From Candidatus Binatia bacterium (GTDB lineage: Bacteria > Desulfobacterota > Binatia > UBA9968 > JAJDTQ01): a DNA stretch of 64,000 nt. The stretch lies in the NCBI GenBank assembly GCA_963666515.2, contig OY762897.2, positions 3,456,001 through 3,520,000 of the forward strand, in the 5' to 3' direction. Every line of letters starts with the position of its first letter. The first letter of the stretch is position 1. The translations under genes and the position numbers were made by a program. Below the pieces are notes generated by a model. It had not been told where the DNA came from. It saw nothing but the letters and a program-made list of their open reading frames with translations, and made no database searches. Below, one piece after another: positions 49,984-60,620 of this stretch.

Positions 49984-51153
49984 CTACGGGCAGACGGACT
50001 TGTAGAACTCGAACTGGCCCTTGTCGCTGATGCGGACGATGACCGCGCACTTGATGGGGTCGCCCTCCGGCGTGAAGGTCATGTTCCCGGTGATGCCGGC
50101 GAACTTCTTGATGCCGGCCATGGCGTTCTTGACGGCTTCACGGTCCTTCTTGAGGTCGCCGGTGAGCCCGCCGGTGGCCTTGACCGCGGTCGCCACGATG
50201 CGCAGCGAGTCCCAGGTCAGGGCGGCGACGTCGTCGGGCACGTAGCCGTGCTTCTTGTTGTAGCGGTCGATGAACGCCTTGGTGGCGCCGGTGGCTCCCG
50301 CAGCCGCGTAGTGGGTGCTGAAGAAGGCCCCGTGGCAGTCCTTGCCGCACAGTTCCACCGTCTCGGCCGAACCCCAACTGTCGCTGCCCACGATGGGGCT
50401 CTTCAAGCCGAGCTGGCGCGCCTGCTGCACGATCAGCGCCACCTCGTTGTAGTACTGGGGCGTGAACAGCACCTGGGCGCCGGAACCGCGGATCTTGGTG
50501 AGCTGGGAGCTGAAGTCGGTGTCCTTGGTGGTGAAGCTCTCGTAGGCCACCACCGAGCCGGCGCCGTGGAGCTTCTCCCAGGCTCCCTTGAAGAACTCCG
50601 CCAGTCCCTTGGGATAGTCGCTGGCCTGGTCGTACAGCACCGCGGCTTTGGTGAACTTGAACTCGTTGGTGATGAAGTTCGCCAGCACCGGCCCCTGGAA
50701 CGGATCCAGGAACGGCGCGCGGAAGACGTACGGCCGGTCCTTGGTGGTGTTGGGGTTGGTGGACCACGGACTGATCATCGGGGTTGCGCGGTCCTGCGAG
50801 ACGCCGCCCGCGGGCACCGCCTGCTTGGACGACTGCGGGCCGACGATGACCAGCACCTCGTCCTCGGTGATGAGCTTGGTGGCGGCCTTCACCGCGGACT
50901 CGGCCTTGGCCTCGTTGTCCTCGATGACCAGCTCCACCTTGTGCTTCTTCTTTCCGGCTTCGAGGCCGCCGGCGCCGTTGACGTCGGCCAGCCACATCTC
51001 GGCCGCAAACTTGGAGCCCTCGCCGACCTTCGGGATGTCGCCGGTCAGCGGGATGTTGAGGCCGATCTTGATGGTCTGCGCCGAGACGCCCAGGGACAGG
51101 GCGAAGACGGCTGCGATACACGTCGTGACGGACAACAGAGCCTTCCGTTTCAT
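49984..51153 (-). CDS. Branched-chain amino acid ABC substrate-binding protein (LivJ/K family)
   Basis: Signal peptide; IKIGLNIPLTG, YVFRAPFLDPFQG, DFSSQLTKI; AGGAGG RBS. Confidence 0.88.
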   Translation of the reverse strand: MKRKALLSVTTCIAAVFALSLGVSAQTIKIGLNIPLTGDIPKVGEGSKFAAEMWLADVNGAGGLEAGKKKHKVELVIEDNEAKAESAVKAATKLITEDEVLVIVGPQSSKQAVPAGGVSQDRATPMISPWSTNPNTTKDRPYVFRAPFLDPFQGPVLANFITNEFKFTKAAVLYDQASDYPKGLAEFFKGAWEKLHGAGSVVAYESFTTKDTDFSSQLTKIRGSGAQVLFTPQYYNEVALIVQQARQLGLKSPIVGSDSWGSAETVELCGKDCHGAFFSTHYAAAGATGATKAFIDRYNKKHGYVPDDVAALTWDSLRIVATAVKATGGLTGDLKKDREAVKNAMAGIKKFAGITGNMTFTPEGDPIKCAVIVRISDKGQFEFYKSVCP

Positions 51154-51227
51154 GGCTATCCTCCTTCCGCTGCATCCCAAAGTTGAAAAAATCCTATCAC
51201 TCTTGCCCCACAGGCACAACGTTGTTT

Positions 51228-52580
51228 CTAACGCCGTTCCTCCGGGATCAGGCCGCGGGGCGCGAAGCGCAGCGCCAGCAGCAGCACCAGCCCCATGACC
51301 ACCAGGCGCATATGGGCGGCGCTCTGCATGAGGTGGTTGCGGACCGGGCTGTCCGGGGACAGCGGCGAGGTGATGATTTCCATCAGCCACAGGCCCAGGG
51401 GCTCGGCTTCGACCCAGAAGTACCACACCACGAAGCCGCCCAGGACGGCGCCCCAGTTGTTGCCGGAGCCGCCGACGATGACCATGACCGAGACCAGGAA
51501 GGTGAAGCGCAGCGGGTGGTACGTGATGGGCGTGAACTGTCCGTCCAGGGTCGCCAGCATGGCGCCGGCGACGCCGATCACCGCCGAACCCAGCACGAAG
51601 ACCTGCAGGTGCCGGGCGGTGACGTGCTTGCCCATGGCCGCGGCCGCGGTCTCGTTGTCCCGGATGGCCCGCATCATCCGTCCCCAGGGCGCCCGCAACG
51701 CCGCTTCGGACAGCCACAGCAGGACCGCCAGCACCAGGACGAAGAGCCCCGCGTAGCAGAGCTTCACCACGATGGACGACAGGTCCACCTGCGACACCCC
51801 CAGGCTTGCGGCCCACTCCCGGAACCACGCGGCGTTCTGCAGGTCCACCTCGTAGGGCACCGGACGGGGCAGGCCGGTGACGTTCTTGACCCCCCGCGCG
51901 AGCCACTCCTCGTACTTCAGGAAGGCGACGATGATCTCGGAGATGCCCAGGGTGGCGATGGCGAGGTAATCGGAACGGAGGCCGAGGCTGATCTTGCCAG
52001 CGGCCCAGGCCGCCCCCGCGGCCAGCACGCCGCCCACGAACCAGGAAAGGACGATGGGAAGGCCGAAGCCGCCGAGGTAGCCGGTCCTGGACGGATCCAC
52101 CGCCTCGATGGCCCGCACCGCGGGCTCGAACACGGCTCGGGCGGCGAAGTAGCCGCCGGCCACCACCAGGGCCACGGCCAGCTTGCGCCAGGCCGGGTGT
52201 CGGACCCGCCGGTAGACCATCACCGCGGCCGCCGCGGCGAGCAGCCCCATCGCCAGCGCCGCCACCACGCCGGCGCCGCCGGCCTGCCACGCCGCGGTCA
52301 CCGGCGGCATGGAGACCAGCACCCCCGCCAGCCCGCCCAAGGCAGCGAAGCCCATGACGCCGGCGTTGAACAGGCCGGCGTAGCCCCACTGGATGTTCAC
52401 CCCCAGGGTCATGATGGCCGAGATCAGGCACAGGTTCAGGATGGCGAGCGCCAGCGACCAGCTCTGCGCCACACCCACGAGGCAGATGAGCGCCGCCATG
52501 GCGGCGAACAGGGCCGTCTTGCGGGGAGGCCGCAGCGTCCGGCCGACGCGGACCGGCAAGGGCGCGGGACCTTCGCTCAT
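51228..52580 (-). CDS. Branched-chain amino acid ABC permease (LivM family), second operon
   Basis: QWGYAGLFNAG, LRSDYLAIATLG, RAIRDNE, VGGSGNNWG. Confidence 0.82.
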   Translation of the reverse strand: MSEGPAPLPVRVGRTLRPPRKTALFAAMAALICLVGVAQSWSLALAILNLCLISAIMTLGVNIQWGYAGLFNAGVMGFAALGGLAGVLVSMPPVTAAWQAGGAGVVAALAMGLLAAAAAVMVYRRVRHPAWRKLAVALVVAGGYFAARAVFEPAVRAIEAVDPSRTGYLGGFGLPIVLSWFVGGVLAAGAAWAAGKISLGLRSDYLAIATLGISEIIVAFLKYEEWLARGVKNVTGLPRPVPYEVDLQNAAWFREWAASLGVSQVDLSSIVVKLCYAGLFVLVLAVLLWLSEAALRAPWGRMMRAIRDNETAAAAMGKHVTARHLQVFVLGSAVIGVAGAMLATLDGQFTPITYHPLRFTFLVSVMVIVGGSGNNWGAVLGGFVVWYFWVEAEPLGLWLMEIITSPLSPDSPVRNHLMQSAAHMRLVVMGLVLLLALRFAPRGLIPEERR

Positions 52581-53590
52581 GACGACTTCCCGCTGAAGAC
52601 CCCGGTGGGCTTCACCAGCAGCACCACCACCAGGATGAAGAACGACACGGCGAACTTGTAGTCGGTGGACAGGAACTGCACCAAGCCGTCCGGCCGCCAG
52701 CCCTCCGGTCCCAGGTAGGCCAGGAACTTCCGGTAGGGATAGGTGAGCAGGACCTCGGAGAAGGCCACCACGAAGCCGCCGACGATGGCGCCCAGCGGGT
52801 TGCCGAGGCCGCCGACGATGGCCGCGGCGAAGATGGGCAGCAGCAGCGACAGGAAGGTGAACGGCTTGAAGCTCTTGTCGAGGCCGTACAGCGTGCCCGC
52901 CACCGCGGCGAGGGCGCCGACGATGAGCCAGGTGACCGCCACTACCCGCTCCGGGCTGACGCCGGACAGCAGCGCCAGGTCCTCGTTGTCCGAGAACGCG
53001 CGCATGGACTTGCCGGTGCGCGTCCTCTCGAGGAACCAGAAGAGCGCCGCCACCAGCACCACCGCCACCACCACGCTGAGGGTCTGGGTGGTCTTGATGG
53101 CGAGGCCCTCGGACAGCCCGGTGAACGCCTTGAACTCCCGCACCGTGAGCAGGAAACGGGCGCCGTCGGTGAAGACCCGGTCGGCGGGGCCGACGACGAA
53201 GCGGATGAGGCCGTTGATGACGAACATCACTCCCACGGACACCACCAGCAGCATCACCGGCGGCGCCTTGGTGCGCCGGTAGAACCGGAAGACCCAGCGG
53301 TCCGTCAGCACGCACAGCCCGGCGGTGACCGCCATGCCCGCGGGCAGCGCCAGCAGCGCCGTGGGCAGCGGCCCGAGGCCCACGCCCCAGGATTGCAGCA
53401 GCCAAGTGCCGAGGATGGTGATCATGGCGCCGAACGCCATGATCTCGCCGTGGGCGAAGTTGGAGAAGCGCAGGACGCCGTACACCAGCGTGACCCCCAG
53501 CGCGCCCAGGGCGAGCTGGCAGCCGTAGGCGGTGGCCGGGACCACCAGGAAATTGCTCAGGAGCACCACCGCGTTGACGACGTCTTCCAA
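52577..53590 (-). CDS. Branched-chain amino acid ABC permease (LivH family), second operon
   Basis: FSNFAHG, GKSMRAFSDN, FAAAIVGG. Confidence 0.82.
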   Translation of the reverse strand: MEDVVNAVVLLSNFLVVPATAYGCQLALGALGVTLVYGVLRFSNFAHGEIMAFGAMITILGTWLLQSWGVGLGPLPTALLALPAGMAVTAGLCVLTDRWVFRFYRRTKAPPVMLLVVSVGVMFVINGLIRFVVGPADRVFTDGARFLLTVREFKAFTGLSEGLAIKTTQTLSVVVAVVLVAALFWFLERTRTGKSMRAFSDNEDLALLSGVSPERVVAVTWLIVGALAAVAGTLYGLDKSFKPFTFLSLLLPIFAAAIVGGLGNPLGAIVGGFVVAFSEVLLTYPYRKFLAYLGPEGWRPDGLVQFLSTDYKFAVSFFILVVVLLVKPTGVFSGKSS

Positions 53591-53593
53591 CGG

Positions 53594-54294
53594 TCATCCT
53601 CCGAGAAACGACTTGCGGACCTCGGGGTTGGCCAGCAGCGTCTGACCGGTGCCGGTAAAGCGGTTGCGGCCCTGCACCAGCACGTAGCCCTTGTCCGCCA
53701 GCTCCAGGGCCTGGCGCGCGTTCTGCTCCACGATGAGGACGGCAACGCCGCTGCGGGCGATGTCGAGGATGCGCTCGAACAGTTCGTGGGTGACGATGGG
53801 CGACACGCCGGCGCTGGGCTCGTCGAGCATGAGCACGCGGGGCCGGTTCATCAGCGCCCGGCCGATGGCCACCTGCTGGCGCTGGCCGCCGGACAGCTCG
53901 CCGGCGGGCTGACGGCGCTTGTCCCGGAGCGCCGGGAACAGCCCGTAGACTTCGTCCAGGGTGCCGGAGATGTCGTCGTCCCGGACGAACGCGCCCATCT
54001 CCAGGTTCTCGTGGACGGTCATGGAGCGGAACACGTTGTCCGTCTGCGGCACGAACCCCATGCCCTTGCGCGCCCGCGCCTGGGGCGCCAGCGCGGTGAT
54101 GTCCTCGCCGTCCAGGCGCACCGCGCCCGAACGGAGCTGCAACAGGCCGAAGAGCGCCTTCATGGCCGTGGACTTCCCGGCGCCGTTGGGACCCACCACC
54201 ACGGTGATCTCGCCGCGCTCCGCGGCGATGGCGCAGCCCCGCAGGATGTCCGGGCCGCCGTAGCCGCCGGTCAGCTCCTCGCCTACCAGCAGGC

Positions 54295-54298
<4 letters not shown>
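53594..54298 (-). CDS. ABC ATPase (LivF family), second operon
   Basis: GPNGAGKS, LSGGQRQQVA, DEPSAG. Confidence 0.85.
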
Positions 54299-55077
<779 letters not shown>

Positions 55078-55093
55078 CGGCGTGGCTGGGCAT

Positions 55094-55125
55094 GCGGCGG
55101 GAAGGGCCGAAGCCCTTCCCGCCGC
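55094..55125 (-). other. Perfect 14-bp stem with cUUCGg tetraloop after the binding-protein gene
   Basis: Minus strand gcggcgggaagggc-TTCG-gcccttcccgccgc. Confidence 0.75.
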
Positions 55126-55148
55126 GGACTGCCGGACTGTCTGCGAGG

Positions 55149-56339
55149 CTACCGGTACTTGACCGTCTCGAACTTGCCGCCCTTGATGACGATCTGGCGG
55201 TAGCTGCCGGCGCTCTCACCCGGTCCGATCAGCTCCACCGCAGAGGCGCCGACGTAGTCCACGTCGCCGCCGCCGGCGAGGATCTTGAGCGCCTTGGCCA
55301 GCTCGCCCGGATAGATCTTCTCGCCGGGAGCGTTGGCCACCGACATCACCTTGTCCTTGAGCTTGCCGCTCTCGGTGGACTTGGACGCCTGCATGGCCAG
55401 CATGATCAGGGCGGCCGCGTCATACGATTCGCCCACGAAGGGGGAGTCCGCCTTGACGTTGGCCGCCTTGGCGAGATCCATGAACCTGGCCGCTCCCGGA
55501 CTGTCGGTGCCGGGATGGGCGCCGATGGAGCCTTCGAGGCCCTTGCCGATGGCCTTGACGATGGTATCGCCGATCATGCCGTCGGGCAGGTAGAACTTGT
55601 CGAAGGCGCCGGTGTCGAGGGCGCCCTGGATGATGCCCTTGCCGCCCTGGTCGAGGTAGCCGGCCACGATCAGGATGTCGCCGCCCGCGGCCGCCAGCGC
55701 CGCCACTTCGGCGCTGTAGTCGCCCTTGCCGTCCTCATGGGGCGCGGAGATCGTGATCTTGCCGCCGCGCTTCTTCACGTTGGCGGCGATGCTGTCCGCC
55801 AGACCCTTGCCGTAGTCGTTGTTGGTGTAGGTCAGCGCGGCCTCCTTGATCCCCGCCTCTTTCAGGATGTCCGCGACCACCTCGCCCTGGCGGGCGTCGG
55901 ACGGCGCGGTGCGGAAGAACAGGCCGTTGTCCTCGATGGTGGACAGGGACGGCGAGGTGGCCGACGGCGAGATCATCACGATGCCGTTGGGCTTGGCCAC
56001 GTTCTTGAGCATGGCGGTGGTGACGCCCGAACAGTCGCCGCCGACGATGGCGTTCACCTTGTCCGAGGTCACGATCCGCTCGGTGGCCGCCGACCCGGCC
56101 GCGGCGTCGCCGCAGGTGGAATCGGCGCGCACGGAGACGACTTTCGTGCCGCCGAGCAGCGCCCCGCTGTCGCTGACTTCCTTCATCGCCATCTCGGCGC
56201 CGGCCGCCATGGCCGGGGTCAGCGACTCGATGGGTCCGGTATAGCCGAAGACCACCCCCAGCTTGACGTCGGCGGCCAAGGCCGCTCCCGCCAGCGTGGA
56301 AACGAAAAGGAACAGAGTACCGGCAATCAGCTTTCTCAT
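55149..56339 (-). CDS. ABC substrate-binding protein (LivJ-like), second operon
   Basis: Signal peptide; ISPSATSP, FFRTAPSDARQG, NNDYGKG. Confidence 0.88.
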   Translation of the reverse strand: MRKLIAGTLFLFVSTLAGAALAADVKLGVVFGYTGPIESLTPAMAAGAEMAMKEVSDSGALLGGTKVVSVRADSTCGDAAAGSAATERIVTSDKVNAIVGGDCSGVTTAMLKNVAKPNGIVMISPSATSPSLSTIEDNGLFFRTAPSDARQGEVVADILKEAGIKEAALTYTNNDYGKGLADSIAANVKKRGGKITISAPHEDGKGDYSAEVAALAAAGGDILIVAGYLDQGGKGIIQGALDTGAFDKFYLPDGMIGDTIVKAIGKGLEGSIGAHPGTDSPGAARFMDLAKAANVKADSPFVGESYDAAALIMLAMQASKSTESGKLKDKVMSVANAPGEKIYPGELAKALKILAGGGDVDYVGASAVELIGPGESAGSYRQIVIKGGKFETVKYR

Positions 56340-56439
56340 GGCTTCCTCCCTTCAGGCCGTTTTTCAGGCACACCCCGTTGGAACTCCCTTGAACCCGATC
56401 GTACGCCCATCTGACGTTTATCGTATGCCCATTCCCGTT

Positions 56440-57882
56440 TCAGATCAAAGGGTCCTGAAGCTGCTTCACCCCGTTGAGCGCCGCGATCTTGTAGGCCTCG
56501 CCCATTGTGGGGAAGTTGAACACGTTGTCGATGAAGTAGTCGATGGTGCCGTTGTAGCTCATCACCGCCTGCCCGACGTGGATCAGCTCGCTGGCCTGAT
56601 CGCCGATGATGTGCACGCCCATCAGGTGCCTGCCGTTGGGCTCGAACAGCAGCGCCAGCATGCCGTGCGGGTCGCCGATGATGCCGGCCTTGGTCACCTC
56701 CTCGTAGGTGGCCACGCCCTTGGCGTAGGGGATGCCCTTGTCGTCCAGCTCCTGCTGCGTATAGCCCACCATGGCGATCTCCGGGATGGTGTAGACGCAC
56801 ATGGGGAAGGGGGCCTTGCGCCCGCCCGCCCGGCGCCCCAGGGCGTAGCTGGCGGCCATGCGGCCCTGCTCGCTGCTGGTGGACGCCAGCGCCGGAAAGC
56901 CGACGACGTCGCCGGCGGCGTAGATGCTCGGGACCGAGGTCTGGAACAGCTCGTTGACCTTGATGAGGCCGTGCTCGGTGGTCTCCACGCCCACGTCCTC
57001 CAGCCCCAGCACCTTGGAAGCCACCTCGCGGCCGCTGGCCACGATCACCGCGTCCGCCTCCAGAACCCGGCCGTCGGCGAGGGTCACCCGCGCCCTGTCC
57101 TCCTCCCCGGACATCCGCTCGATCCGGTCGTACCACGTGCCCCAGACGAACTCGACGCCGTAGTCTTCCATGCGCCGGACCAGCATGTCCACGATGGAGC
57201 GTTCGGCGAAGGTCAGGAAAGTACGGTCCCGCTGGATCAGCGACACCTTGCAGCCCAGCACCGCGAACGCCGAGCCGTATTCCGCGCCGATGACGCCGGC
57301 GCCCACGACGATCACCGATTCCGGCAGAGTCGTGCGCTTGAACTCCAGCGTGAACACGGAGTCGGAGTCGAAGATGACCTCGTTGTCGATGGGTATGTCG
57401 GGCACGAAGCGGGGCCTCGACCCCGCGGCGATGATGATCTTGTCCGCCTTCAGGGTCATGGAATCCATGGGATTCCTGAGCACCCAGGCGTGCACCGAGT
57501 TGGGACCGTCCAGGGTGGCGTGGTAGCCGCGGAAGACGTCGATCCGGTTGCGGTCGCGGTAGACCTGCAGCCGCTCCTCCATCGCCGCCACCCGCCGCTC
57601 CACCACTTTCCGCACCCGGACGAACAGGTCCGACAGGGTGATGTCTTTCTTTTCCGTGAAGTCGGTGCCGTAGAAGGGGCGCTGGCGCACCCCGCGCAAG
57701 TAGATGATGGCCTCGCGCAAGGTCTTGCTGGGGATGGTGCCGGAAAGGAGCGTGATGCCGCCCAGCGTCTCCTGCCGCTCCAGGACGGCGACTCTGGCGC
57801 CCAACTCACACGCCTGAATGGCGGCCGTGTAGCCTGCAGGACCGCTGCCGATGACGATGACGTTGTAGTCGAAAGCCTGCAT
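56440..57882 (-). CDS. sthA: Soluble pyridine nucleotide transhydrogenase-like flavoprotein
   Basis: GSGPAG, GTIPSKTLREA, GAGVIGAEY, AGDVVGFPALAS, FNFPTMGEAYKIAALNG. Confidence 0.8.
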   Translation of the reverse strand: MQAFDYNVIVIGSGPAGYTAAIQACELGARVAVLERQETLGGITLLSGTIPSKTLREAIIYLRGVRQRPFYGTDFTEKKDITLSDLFVRVRKVVERRVAAMEERLQVYRDRNRIDVFRGYHATLDGPNSVHAWVLRNPMDSMTLKADKIIIAAGSRPRFVPDIPIDNEVIFDSDSVFTLEFKRTTLPESVIVVGAGVIGAEYGSAFAVLGCKVSLIQRDRTFLTFAERSIVDMLVRRMEDYGVEFVWGTWYDRIERMSGEEDRARVTLADGRVLEADAVIVASGREVASKVLGLEDVGVETTEHGLIKVNELFQTSVPSIYAAGDVVGFPALASTSSEQGRMAASYALGRRAGGRKAPFPMCVYTIPEIAMVGYTQQELDDKGIPYAKGVATYEEVTKAGIIGDPHGMLALLFEPNGRHLMGVHIIGDQASELIHVGQAVMSYNGTIDYFIDNVFNFPTMGEAYKIAALNGVKQLQDPLI

Positions 57883-57964
57883 GGATGCCGTGTCCGCGCC
57901 GTTCAAGAAACTCCATAGCAGATAGCGCGCCGATATGACACGGATACGGCCCGGAAGGGCCGGG

Positions 57965-58714
57965 CTACGGCGCGTTCAGGGCGCGGTAGACCAGCATGAG
58001 CCCGGTGAACACCAGCAGCACGAGGACGGCGCGGTTGAAGGTCTGCTGGCGGATGCGGTCCTGCGCCTTGAGGCCCAGGTAGAAGCTCGCCAGGATGAAC
58101 GCGGTGACGAACAGCGAGAGCTTCAGCGCCTCCGCGGTGAACAGGCCCCAGGTGGAGACGGCGATCACCTGCCAGAACTTGGCCATGATCATCGCCGTGG
58201 AGATGGCCTTCACGAAGTCGGCCTTGTCGAGCCGGAGGCCGTGGAGGTAGAGCGCCATCACCGGCCCCATGGTGTTGGTCAAGCCGAGAAAGAACCCGCC
58301 CACGAATCCCATCACCGGCGACATGAACCTCTCCGCGCGCGCGGGCGTGTCGAGGGTGAACGCGAACAGCCCGGCCCCCGAAAAGAGGATGACGACCGTC
58401 CCCAGGATCAGGTTCAGCACCCACAGGGGGAGCTGGGTCAGCTCCCAGGTGCCCAGGAACACACCCGCCAGCGCGAACAGGAACATGGACGAGAAGCGCC
58501 GCAGGGTGGCGGTGGGGATGCCGCGGCGGAACATCAGGCCCAGGTCCATCACCACGCTGGGAAGCAGCAGCACGACGATGGCCATGCGGATGTCGAGCAG
58601 CAGCGTCAGCATGGGGGTGGCGATGAGCGGGAACCCCATGCCGGTGGCGCCCTTGACGAAGCCCGCGAAGAAGATGGCCGCAGCCACGAGGGCGAGGGTG
58701 GGGTCAAGGGTCAC
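57965..58714 (-). CDS. TauE/SafE family exporter
   Basis: AGFVKGATGMGF motif; about 8 TM helices. Confidence 0.85.
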   Translation of the reverse strand: MTLDPTLALVAAAIFFAGFVKGATGMGFPLIATPMLTLLLDIRMAIVVLLLPSVVMDLGLMFRRGIPTATLRRFSSMFLFALAGVFLGTWELTQLPLWVLNLILGTVVILFSGAGLFAFTLDTPARAERFMSPVMGFVGGFFLGLTNTMGPVMALYLHGLRLDKADFVKAISTAMIMAKFWQVIAVSTWGLFTAEALKLSLFVTAFILASFYLGLKAQDRIRQQTFNRAVLVLLVFTGLMLVYRALNAP

Positions 58715-58717
58715 GAA

Positions 58718-60346
58718 TCAAGGCTTCCACCGCTTCTGCACGTCCTGCAGCCGCTCGCCCCGTTCCACGGGCACGGCGCGCTCGTCCAGCTTGGCGCCGA
58801 TGCGGTGGTGCTCGCCCTGGACCGCCAGGGCGGCCTCGTCGTCCAGCTCCGGCGGCCACAGGCCCAGGGAGTAGCCGTGCCAGGGGTTGCCGTACTTCAG
58901 TTCCGGCATCCCCAGCTCGTCCCAGAGCTTCCGCGCCCGCTCCATGTACTCCCGGGTGGGCAGCGACACCGGCGGGAACTCGGCCTTCTTGGTGGCGTCG
59001 ATGAGCAGGGAGGAGTCCTCGCTGTCGTAGTCGCCGGCGTGGCCGTGCAGGCGCACCAGGTTGATGGGCGAGTGCACGGTCTGGCGGCCCTCGATGATGC
59101 GCACGTCCTTGTGCGGCTGCGAGCGGTGGCAGATGGCCCAGTTGACCGCGGCGAAGTTCTCCGGGTCGATGTCGTCGTCCACCGCGATCACCACCTTGCC
59201 CAAGTCGTAGCGGAAGCCCAGCACCGCCATCATGGCCTGCCACGGGTCCAGCTTGTGGGTCTTGCGCATCTGCACCACCACGAACTGGCGCAGGTTCACC
59301 AGCGGCTCGTGCATGCCCACCCGAACCACGCTCTTGAGGTTGCAGTGGTTGCGCAGATGGTCCAGCACCAGCGATTCCCAGCCCCGGTGCTTGATCTTGC
59401 TGCTCTCGCTGGGCGTCACCTGGCTGAGCACGCCCACATAGTGGGGGTTCCTGCGGTGCGTGATGCAGGTCACCTCGAACACCGGGCTCAGGCTGCGCGG
59501 GTCCATGTAGCCGTGGGACTCGCCGAAGGGGCCTTCGGGCTCCAGCACGTCGGTGCGGATGTAGCCCTCGATGACGATCTCGGCGTTGGCCGGCACCTCC
59601 AGGTCCACGGTTTCGCACTTCACCAGCGGCATGGGCCGGCCCAGGATGGCGCCGGCCACCCCCAACTCGTCCACCCCGTAGGCGATCTTCTGCACCGCCA
59701 CGTAGGAGAGGCACGGCACCGCGCCGATGACCCCGGCCGCGGGCAGCGGTTGTCCCAGGGCGCTGGCCTTGTTCCAGTGGATGGCCAGGTCCTGCTGGGC
59801 GCTGATGAGGTAGACGCCGGTCTTGGTGGGGGACTTGATCTGGCCGCGGTAGTTGCCGACGTTGCGGATGCCGGTGTCCGGGTCCTTGGTGATCCAATGG
59901 CAGGCGGTGAAGTACGGCCCGTTGTCGAACCCCGGCGTCGAGATGGGCACCGGGAACTCGTCGAGGCCGCCGTGCTCCAGCAGCCCGTCGCCGACGTGGA
60001 TCTCCTCCTTGACCGGGCCCGTCTCCACCAGCTCCGGCGCCAGCGGCGCGGCCACCGCCGCCGACCACTTCTCGAAGCTCTTGCCCGGCTCGCAGCCCAT
60101 GCCCAGGGCGTAGATGGCCTCGTTGGACGCCAGCGCCCCCAGCACCACCGGGGTCTCGTAGCGCCGCCCCTTGGCGTCCACCACGTTCTCGAACAGGAAC
60201 GCCTTGCGCTCGTGGTCCGGCAACCCCAGGAACTGCCACCGCACCAGCGGATGCAGCTCCGTGTCCTTGTCTACCGGCGCAGCCACCCGCGTGAGCAGGC
60301 CCTGGCGGTCGAGGAGGTCGAGGTATTCTCGGAGGTCGTGGTACAT
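58718..60346 (-). CDS. UbiD-family prFMN-dependent (de)carboxylase
   Basis: YHDLREYL, NVGNYR, AEIVIEG, catalytic EGPFGE, VDDDIDP, IDAT. Confidence 0.9.
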   Translation of the reverse strand: MYHDLREYLDLLDRQGLLTRVAAPVDKDTELHPLVRWQFLGLPDHERKAFLFENVVDAKGRRYETPVVLGALASNEAIYALGMGCEPGKSFEKWSAAVAAPLAPELVETGPVKEEIHVGDGLLEHGGLDEFPVPISTPGFDNGPYFTACHWITKDPDTGIRNVGNYRGQIKSPTKTGVYLISAQQDLAIHWNKASALGQPLPAAGVIGAVPCLSYVAVQKIAYGVDELGVAGAILGRPMPLVKCETVDLEVPANAEIVIEGYIRTDVLEPEGPFGESHGYMDPRSLSPVFEVTCITHRRNPHYVGVLSQVTPSESSKIKHRGWESLVLDHLRNHCNLKSVVRVGMHEPLVNLRQFVVVQMRKTHKLDPWQAMMAVLGFRYDLGKVVIAVDDDIDPENFAAVNWAICHRSQPHKDVRIIEGRQTVHSPINLVRLHGHAGDYDSEDSSLLIDATKKAEFPPVSLPTREYMERARKLWDELGMPELKYGNPWHGYSLGLWPPELDDEAALAVQGEHHRIGAKLDERAVPVERGERLQDVQKRWKP

Positions 60347-60620
60347 GGAGAAGAAGTATCCGGCTCAGGCTTGGCTAAGCGGGTTCACACACTTGACGGA
60401 TCGAAAGCGTCCAGTTCACGGTTCTCGCACCGGACTATACGCGATTTTCCGAACCGTGATCAATGGAGGCGGGATCGAGGTTATCTTACCGGCGCCACCC
60501 GGTCACCAGATCCGGTCTTGGCATCCCAACAAGCGCTTGGTAGAAAACCGAAAGGGGGCGCCCCCCTGGCTCTGCCCAAGACGAACGGCGCAAGCCAAAC
60601 GGCACCTGACGAGGGAGTGA

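Noticed and set aside
60347-60620. Possible riboswitch or ncRNA between ubiD and the carboxyltransferase
   Set aside because: Only short inverted repeats (tcacggttc/gaaccgtga) are visible and I recognise no Rfam consensus; an Infernal search would be needed.
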